Shown here in pieces: positions 58,357 to 64,000 of a stretch of 64,000 bases of DNA (position 1 is its first letter; every line of letters begins with the position of its first letter). The stretch comes from Candidatus Saccharimonadota bacterium (GTDB taxonomy: Bacteria > Patescibacteriota > Saccharimonadia > CAILAD01 > BJGX01), in contig JAXLZU010000002.1 of NCBI GenBank assembly GCA_046350735.1, positions 16,219 to 80,218 of the forward strand, given 5' to 3'. The translations under genes and the position numbers were made by a program. Below the pieces are notes generated by a model. That model was given only the letters and a program-made list of their open reading frames with translations. It did not search any database and had not been told where the DNA came from.

Positions 58357-59184
58357 TTACATCCCTGTAGGGTCCCAGCAGGTGCGGAAGTTTTCGTTGA
58401 GGTTCTCAATTTGCTCCATATCTTCTTTGTCTAGCTCGAAATCAAAGATATTTATGTTTTCTACTATACGAACTTCATTGGTACTTTTGGGAATAATTAC
58501 GTTGCCTAACTGTAAGCTCCAACGTAGCATTACCTGAGCTTCAGTCTTGGCATGCTTGGCAGCAATAGAAAGCAAAGTGCCATCCTGCATTCGTCGGCCA
58601 TGCGCTAGCGGACTATATGCCGTAAGTACAATATTATTTTCGCGACAATAATCGAGCAATAACTTCTGATTGAGGTAAGGATGAAATTCTACCTGGTTAA
58701 CTGCTGGTATAACATCGGTATGCTCGAGCAACTCAGCCAATTGTTCTTCGGTAAAGTTACTTACACCTATTGCTTTAGCACGGCCAGATTTCTGAATCTC
58801 AATAAGTGCCTTCCAGCTCTCAAGTCGTTTTTCTGGCACTGGCCAATGCAGCAGATACATATCTACATAGTCCATACCAAGCCGCTTTAACGATTTATCA
58901 AAAGCCTTTATGGCAGAGTCGTAACCCTGGTCATGATTCCATAATTTGGTTGTTACAAAAAGATCTTTACGTGCAACACCACTCTCTTTGAGGGCCTTGC
59001 CAACACTCTTTTCATTTAGGTAGATACGGGCAGTATCAAAATGTCTATAACCTGCTGCTAGGGCGTGGCCTATAGATTTATGAACGCTAGGGCCAGGAGC
59101 AATCTTCCAGGTACCAAATCCTACCACAGGCATTTTGGTACCAGTATTGAGTGTTATGGTTGAGCTGGGGGTTAATTTACTCAT
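58357..59184 (-). CDS. aldo/keto reductase
   Basis: N-terminus MPVVGFGTWK plus the AKR catalytic tetrad regions (D, Y, K, H), resembling 2,5-diketo-D-gluconate reductase. Confidence 0.9.
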   Translation of the reverse strand: MSKLTPSSTITLNTGTKMPVVGFGTWKIAPGPSVHKSIGHALAAGYRHFDTARIYLNEKSVGKALKESGVARKDLFVTTKLWNHDQGYDSAIKAFDKSLKRLGMDYVDMYLLHWPVPEKRLESWKALIEIQKSGRAKAIGVSNFTEEQLAELLEHTDVIPAVNQVEFHPYLNQKLLLDYCRENNIVLTAYSPLAHGRRMQDGTLLSIAAKHAKTEAQVMLRWSLQLGNVIIPKSTNEVRIVENINIFDFELDKEDMEQIENLNENFRTCWDPTGM

Positions 59185-59407
59185 ACTTCTTATTGTAACA
59201 GAAACTTTTTTTGAGCCGGGATAATGCCGTTACTCTTGCAATTTTATACAATCTGTGCTATACTTATTTGACTGTTTGAATAGAACGCCTATCTAGCTTG
59301 ATAGGTATGAGCTCTCATAATTTATATAAGTTATTTGAATCTCTTGTCTCTGTTCTGACAAAGAGAACAATAACTAAGACTTACCATTTTTGGTATATAA
59401 GGAAAAA

Positions 59408-60607
59408 ATGAAATATTCATCTAAAGGCGCCAAACAACGTCGTTATGGACGTGGTGCAAAACAATTTAATACAAATAGAACTCGTAATAACAAGCAAAAA
59501 TTTACTATTGATATCAATAAATATGTAAAAAAGGCAGAAACCGTTCAAGAACAAGTAACATATATTCCACAGCATAGTTTTAGCGAGTTTAAAATAGATG
59601 AGAGAATTAAGAAGAACATTCGCGATCGACACTTTGAGACACCATCGGCCATTCAGGACCAATCTATCGAGCCAATCTTAGAAGGTCGCGATCTCGTTGG
59701 CACTGCTCAGACGGGTACCGGCAAAACAGGAGCCTTCTTAATACCGCTTATTGATCAGACTTTGCGCAACCCAAAGCAACACAATCTTATTATTGTGCCA
59801 ACCCGCGAGCTTGCTAATCAAATTAATGACGAGTTACGTTTGTTTGCAAAAGACCTCAAAATATTCTCTACAATCTGTATTGGTGGAGCCAATATTAGTC
59901 GCCAAATAGAAGGCTTACGTCGCAAACCACAATTTGTCATAGCTACACCAGGTAGACTAAAAGATTTACACGAGCGTCGAGCTATTAGTCTAGATACCTT
60001 CTCCGTGATTGTCTTAGACGAAGTAGATAGAATGCTCGATATGGGATTTGTGCATGACATACGATTTATTATTTCTCACTTACCAAAGAAGCGACAATCA
60101 CTCTTCTTCTCTGCAACACTACAAAACGAAGTGAGAAACATTATGGCAACTTTCTTAAACGACCCAGTAATTGTGCATGTTGACAGTAATAACTCTGCCA
60201 AGAATGTCGACCAAGACATTGTGCAGCTAGAAGCTAGTGACAATAAAACCGAAAAACTCCACGAGTTACTGAGCCAAGAAGACTTTTCTAAAGTATTGGT
60301 TTTTTCTCGCACCAAACATGGTGCCGACAAGATCTCGCGGGCACTTAATCAGAAGGGCTATAGAGTAGATGCTATTCATGGCGACAAATCTCAGTCGCGA
60401 CGTGAGCAGGTACTGCGCAAATTTAAATCTGACAGCATTAATATTTTGGTAGCTACCGATGTAGCTGCTCGTGGTATTGATATCAAAGATGTTTCGCACG
60501 TTATTAACTACGACGAACCTGAAACCTACCAAGATTACATTCATCGTATTGGTCGAACCGGACGTGCTGGCAAGACTGGTAAAGCTCTTACCTTTATTCA
60601 GCGCTAA
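59408..60607 (+). CDS. DEAD-box ATP-dependent RNA helicase
   Basis: Q-motif; motif I AQTGTGKTGAF; DEVD; SAT; and motif VI HRIGRTGRAG. Start moved to the ATG at 59408 (taaggaaaaa RBS); the track start is a TTG. Confidence 0.92.
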   Translation: MKYSSKGAKQRRYGRGAKQFNTNRTRNNKQKFTIDINKYVKKAETVQEQVTYIPQHSFSEFKIDERIKKNIRDRHFETPSAIQDQSIEPILEGRDLVGTAQTGTGKTGAFLIPLIDQTLRNPKQHNLIIVPTRELANQINDELRLFAKDLKIFSTICIGGANISRQIEGLRRKPQFVIATPGRLKDLHERRAISLDTFSVIVLDEVDRMLDMGFVHDIRFIISHLPKKRQSLFFSATLQNEVRNIMATFLNDPVIVHVDSNNSAKNVDQDIVQLEASDNKTEKLHELLSQEDFSKVLVFSRTKHGADKISRALNQKGYRVDAIHGDKSQSRREQVLRKFKSDSINILVATDVAARGIDIKDVSHVINYDEPETYQDYIHRIGRTGRAGKTGKALTFIQR

Positions 60608-60632
60608 AAACTACTTTCTATAAACCATTAAA

Positions 60633-60656
60633 ACACCCTATTAATAGGGTGTTTTA
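60633..60656 (+). terminator. rho-independent terminator
   Basis: Hairpin acacccta-ttaa-tagggtgt followed by TTTT, located after the helicase stop. Confidence 0.7.
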
Positions 60657-60713
60657 ATGTATAATAAACATAAGTGTAATTGTGCTTACAAATAATTACA
60701 TCTTTTTATCTTT

Positions 60714-62498
60714 ATGGATCAAACCTCCCCTACCCAACAAGCAAAAGAAGCCCAGGTGCAAAAACAAGCAGCTGGTGCTCCTAATGCTGCTCCTGCAACC
60801 AAAGATACCAATCAGACCAATAGTACTGACTCGGTTAGCTTAGAGCCAACAGACAAGAAAAATCTCGAAGCAATTCTCAAAGAAGATCTTGTAAAAAAAG
60901 GTCTTATTAAGCCAGAGTCTATAAAAGACATTGAACATGCCATAACAACTTACAATATTAACTTAATTGACTATCTTATTAGTCAAAACATTGTTAGTAA
61001 AGAAAATATTGGCCAAACTGTTGCCGAGCATTATGGCTGTAACTATATCGACCTCGAAGTAAACCAGCCAAGCAAAGAGCTAATAAGGGTATTACCAGAA
61101 GAAATTAGCATTGGAAATCGTATAGTCGTGGTTGATGCCGATGAGCAAAGTGTATTACTTACTACCGATAACCCAACTACACCTGGCCTGCTTGCCAAGG
61201 TGCAGGCGCTTTTTGGTGGTAAGCATATTAGTCTTGCTTACTCATTACCAGAAGATCTCGATTCTGTTTTGGTATACTACCGCAAACCACTTGAGACACG
61301 GTTTAATAAAATCATTCAAGAACAAGCCCATATTGCTCCAGAAATTATTGATGAAATTATTAAGGATGCAATTATTCTTGATGTAAGTGATATTCATTTT
61401 GAGCCACAAGAGAACGTGGTGGTAATTCGGTTTCGTATAGATGGTGTTTTGCACGAAGCAGGACAGATACCCAAACAGTATTACGAGAAAATCTTAAATC
61501 GCCTAAAGGTTCAGTCGAATATGCGTATTGATGAGCATGGCTCGAGCCAAGATGGAGCTATTCGTTATATTGCCGATGAAGAACCAATTGATATACGTAT
61601 CTCAATTGTCCCCACTCTAGATGGTGAGAAGGTTGCACTGCGTCTTTTGGCTGGTTATTCTCGCAATCTCAACTTTAAAAATCTAGGCTTTAATGTAGTA
61701 AATTTAAAAACCATCAACGACCAAATACATCGACCCTTCGGTATGATTGTTACTACCGGACCAACCGGCTCGGGTAAAACTACTACGCTATATGCTCTAC
61801 TCAAACAATTAAATAACCCCGATATTAACGTAACAACTATTGAAGACCCTGTAGAGTATAAAATTTACGGTGTAAATCAAATTCAGGTCAATACCAGTAC
61901 CAATCTTACATTTACCGAAGGTTTGCGCACTATTGTTCGACAAGATCCAGACATTATTCTTGTGGGTGAAATTCGCGACAAAGCTACGGCGAAGTTGGCC
62001 GTAAACGCTGCTCTTACTGGACATTTACTCTTCTCAACGTTTCATGCTAATGATGCATCTACAGCAATACCGCGTTTTGTCGACATGGGTGTCGAGCCAT
62101 TCCTGCTAGCATCGACTCTCAATGCCATTATTGCTCAGCGTTTGGTACGCCTTATTCATCCTCAATGTCGTATGAAGTATACTGTTTCGTTAGAAGAACT
62201 AAAAGCTCACTTGCCAACTGCAGGTAATTATTTTACAGAACCAAAAGTAACCCTCTACTATGGTAAGGGCTGTGAAGCCTGCAATTATACCGGTTTTAAA
62301 GGTCGCTCGGCCATTTACGAGATAATTACCGTTACTCCAAACATGAAAAAGCTTATTATGCAGAACCCATCGGGCGAAGAAATCTGGCAACTTGCTCGTT
62401 CTGAAGGTGTAAAGAGCTTGTTTGAAGATGGTCTCGATAAGGTTAAGGCCGGCAGAACAACCTTAGAGGAGTTGATGCGTGTCGCCGAATCAAAATAA
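60714..62498 (+). CDS. pilB: type IV pilus assembly ATPase PilB (GspE family)
   Basis: N-terminal GSPII_E_N domain, Walker A GPTGSGKTTTLYA, Asp/His boxes and a tetracysteine-like CxxC...CxxC motif. Confidence 0.92.
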   Translation: MDQTSPTQQAKEAQVQKQAAGAPNAAPATKDTNQTNSTDSVSLEPTDKKNLEAILKEDLVKKGLIKPESIKDIEHAITTYNINLIDYLISQNIVSKENIGQTVAEHYGCNYIDLEVNQPSKELIRVLPEEISIGNRIVVVDADEQSVLLTTDNPTTPGLLAKVQALFGGKHISLAYSLPEDLDSVLVYYRKPLETRFNKIIQEQAHIAPEIIDEIIKDAIILDVSDIHFEPQENVVVIRFRIDGVLHEAGQIPKQYYEKILNRLKVQSNMRIDEHGSSQDGAIRYIADEEPIDIRISIVPTLDGEKVALRLLAGYSRNLNFKNLGFNVVNLKTINDQIHRPFGMIVTTGPTGSGKTTTLYALLKQLNNPDINVTTIEDPVEYKIYGVNQIQVNTSTNLTFTEGLRTIVRQDPDIILVGEIRDKATAKLAVNAALTGHLLFSTFHANDASTAIPRFVDMGVEPFLLASTLNAIIAQRLVRLIHPQCRMKYTVSLEELKAHLPTAGNYFTEPKVTLYYGKGCEACNYTGFKGRSAIYEIITVTPNMKKLIMQNPSGEEIWQLARSEGVKSLFEDGLDKVKAGRTTLEELMRVAESK

Positions 62499-63684
62499 CC
62501 CCGTTACAGATATTAAGCCAGTTGCAGCTATGCAGACGCAGAGCAAAGACCAAGTCTTTAAAGACGCCAAGAATGTTCGTCCAGCAGCCAGGGGCGTGGA
62601 ACAGTCTAAAGTAAAGAAGTTATCACCTCACGCCGTTAGTAGAGATAGTAAGGAATATCTAGTAGATAACCTAAGTATGCTGATTGCCTCAGGTGTCTCG
62701 GTTGGTGAAGCACTCGATACTATCGGTAAAGAAATGCCCAATAAAAAAGTTCGTGAAGTTATTACAGAAATGCGTAATAAGGTAGATGAGGGTAGTGCTT
62801 TCTGGTTGGCCTTGCGTGATAGCGGTATACTCAATACCTCTTCAGTAGCTATTATTCATGCAGGTGAAGAATCTGGACGACTGTCAGAAAATCTACACGT
62901 TGTCGCCGAACAGATTCATAAAAGCAACATGATGACTGCCAAGGTGCGTTCGGCACTTCTCTATCCAGCATTTTTGATTGTATTGCTAATTGTTGTAGGT
63001 AGTGGCATTGGCCTGTTCTTACTACCAAAACTAGCAGATATATTTAAGGGACTCAATATGAAGCTGCCCTGGTATACTACTGCACTTATATCTTTTGGAA
63101 CATTTTGGGGAAAATGGGGATTGCTTATAACTATCTTGTTCTTTGTAGTATTAGTTATTATTGTTTTGCTCTCTCTCTACACCAAAACTGGCAAGAAACT
63201 CTCTGAGATACTCCTTTTTCAATTACCGGGAGTTAATCAACTGCTCTATCAATCTGAGATTTCACGGTTTGGATTCATTCTAGGTTCTCTCTTAGAGGCA
63301 GGTTTGCCGGTAGTAGAGGCTCTCGATTCTTTAGCTGACTCAATGGCAACTACCCGATATCGCAGTATTATCGCTAAAATGAAAGTTAGTATAGAAGAAG
63401 GCAATACATTTGCTACAACCTTTGAACGTATTACTGATAAAAAGGCTTTTCCAGGCCCAATACGGCAACTTATTGTCAGTGCAGAAAAATCGGGTAACCT
63501 GCCTGAGGTTCTTTTAAAACTGAGTAAGTTATATGAAGATAAGGCAGAAATTACTGCAAAAAATTTAGAGACAATGATAGAACCAATCATTTTAGTATTA
63601 ATTGCTATTGGTGTGTTATTTGTTGCATTGGCTGTAATAGTACCTATCTATAGTCTTATTGGTGGCCTGGAGCCCAAGAATTAA
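62479..63684 (+). CDS. pilC: type IV pilus inner-membrane platform protein PilC (GspF family)
   Basis: Two T2SSF repeats with 3 TM helices. It overlaps the pilB stop. Confidence 0.9.
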   Translation: MSPNQNNPVTDIKPVAAMQTQSKDQVFKDAKNVRPAARGVEQSKVKKLSPHAVSRDSKEYLVDNLSMLIASGVSVGEALDTIGKEMPNKKVREVITEMRNKVDEGSAFWLALRDSGILNTSSVAIIHAGEESGRLSENLHVVAEQIHKSNMMTAKVRSALLYPAFLIVLLIVVGSGIGLFLLPKLADIFKGLNMKLPWYTTALISFGTFWGKWGLLITILFFVVLVIIVLLSLYTKTGKKLSEILLFQLPGVNQLLYQSEISRFGFILGSLLEAGLPVVEALDSLADSMATTRYRSIIAKMKVSIEEGNTFATTFERITDKKAFPGPIRQLIVSAEKSGNLPEVLLKLSKLYEDKAEITAKNLETMIEPIILVLIAIGVLFVALAVIVPIYSLIGGLEPKN

Positions 63685-63685
63685 T

Positions 63686-64000
63686 GGCTAAACAACGCTT
63701 TGGTCTAACTGTTATTGAGCTTATTCTCAGTCTTGGTATTATACTTATCTTATTTGCGGTGAGTGTTCCGTTGCTACGTTCTTTTCTTCTACGGAATGAC
63801 TTAGATGTAGTACAAAACACCGTGGTACAAGATACGTATCGAGCTATCAATCTTGCTACTTCAGGCGAACGCGATAGTAATTGGGGTGTTAAAATAACAA
63901 CTGGACAGATTACTGTCTTTAGCGGTAACAGCTATGCCACTCGCAATGTTAATTACGACGAAACATATAGCTTGGCATCTGGGGTAACTATTTCTGGCCA
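63686..64000 (+). CDS. type IV pilin/pseudopilin (partial, continues past window end)
   Basis: MAKQRFG|LTVIELILSLGIILILF: a class III signal with Gly at -1, Glu at +5 and a hydrophobic helix. It lies immediately after pilC. Confidence 0.75.

Noticed and set aside
1-64000. CRISPR arrays and IS/transposase genes
   Set aside because: I found no periodic direct repeats and no transposase or integrase-like ORFs in any frame.

Overview
This 64 kb window is a chromosomal segment of a small-genome, moderate-GC (about 43-45%) bacterium. The gene content is reminiscent of Patescibacteria/Saccharibacteria, but that is inference only. Housekeeping genes are densely packed, mostly on the minus strand. 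Recognisable units include a partial rpsF, recA-recX, yajQ, a rodZ-like gene, ftsK, RNase J, a family-4 UDG, the truB-rpsO-pnp operon, a tRNA-Glu/tRNA-Lys/ssrA (tmRNA) cluster, a trmB-like regulator, rpsT, holA, mutM, polA, the dnaG-rpoD operon, an arginase, a murE-like ligase, trhO, pyrH, gmk, dus, an LCP protein, rarA, a DEAD-box helicase, and a pilB-pilC-pilin type IV pilus cluster at the 3' end. I found no CRISPR array, no recognisable IS element and no rRNA. Several things deviate from an ordinary core region. (i) At least five isolated GC-rich (about 52-65%) orphan genes sit in the AT-richer background, which suggests horizontal acquisition, possibly from a high-GC organism. (ii) About 2.6 kb of ORF-poor, GC-rich, hairpin-dense sequence flanks the 5' side of ssrA; this could be structured ncRNA(s) or a decayed integrated element. 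(iii) A polynucleotide-kinase-like P-loop kinase sits beside the tRNA-Lys/tRNA-Glu/tmRNA cluster, with a GC-rich unknown gene as neighbour. (iv) Two tandem proteins each carry an RpoA alpha-CTD-like C-terminal domain. (v) An 8-nt homopolymeric G/C tract lies in the first codons of the first gene of a three-gene conserved-unknown operon upstream of dnaG-rpoD. (vi) A frameshifted gene carries a PD-(D/E)xK-like motif. (vii) Two tandemly duplicated secreted paralogs share identical 5' leaders. (viii) A large HAD-like protein is convergent with a sulfotransferase. I could not identify any of the unknowns by homology from sequence alone; the checks that would decide each case are listed under findings.
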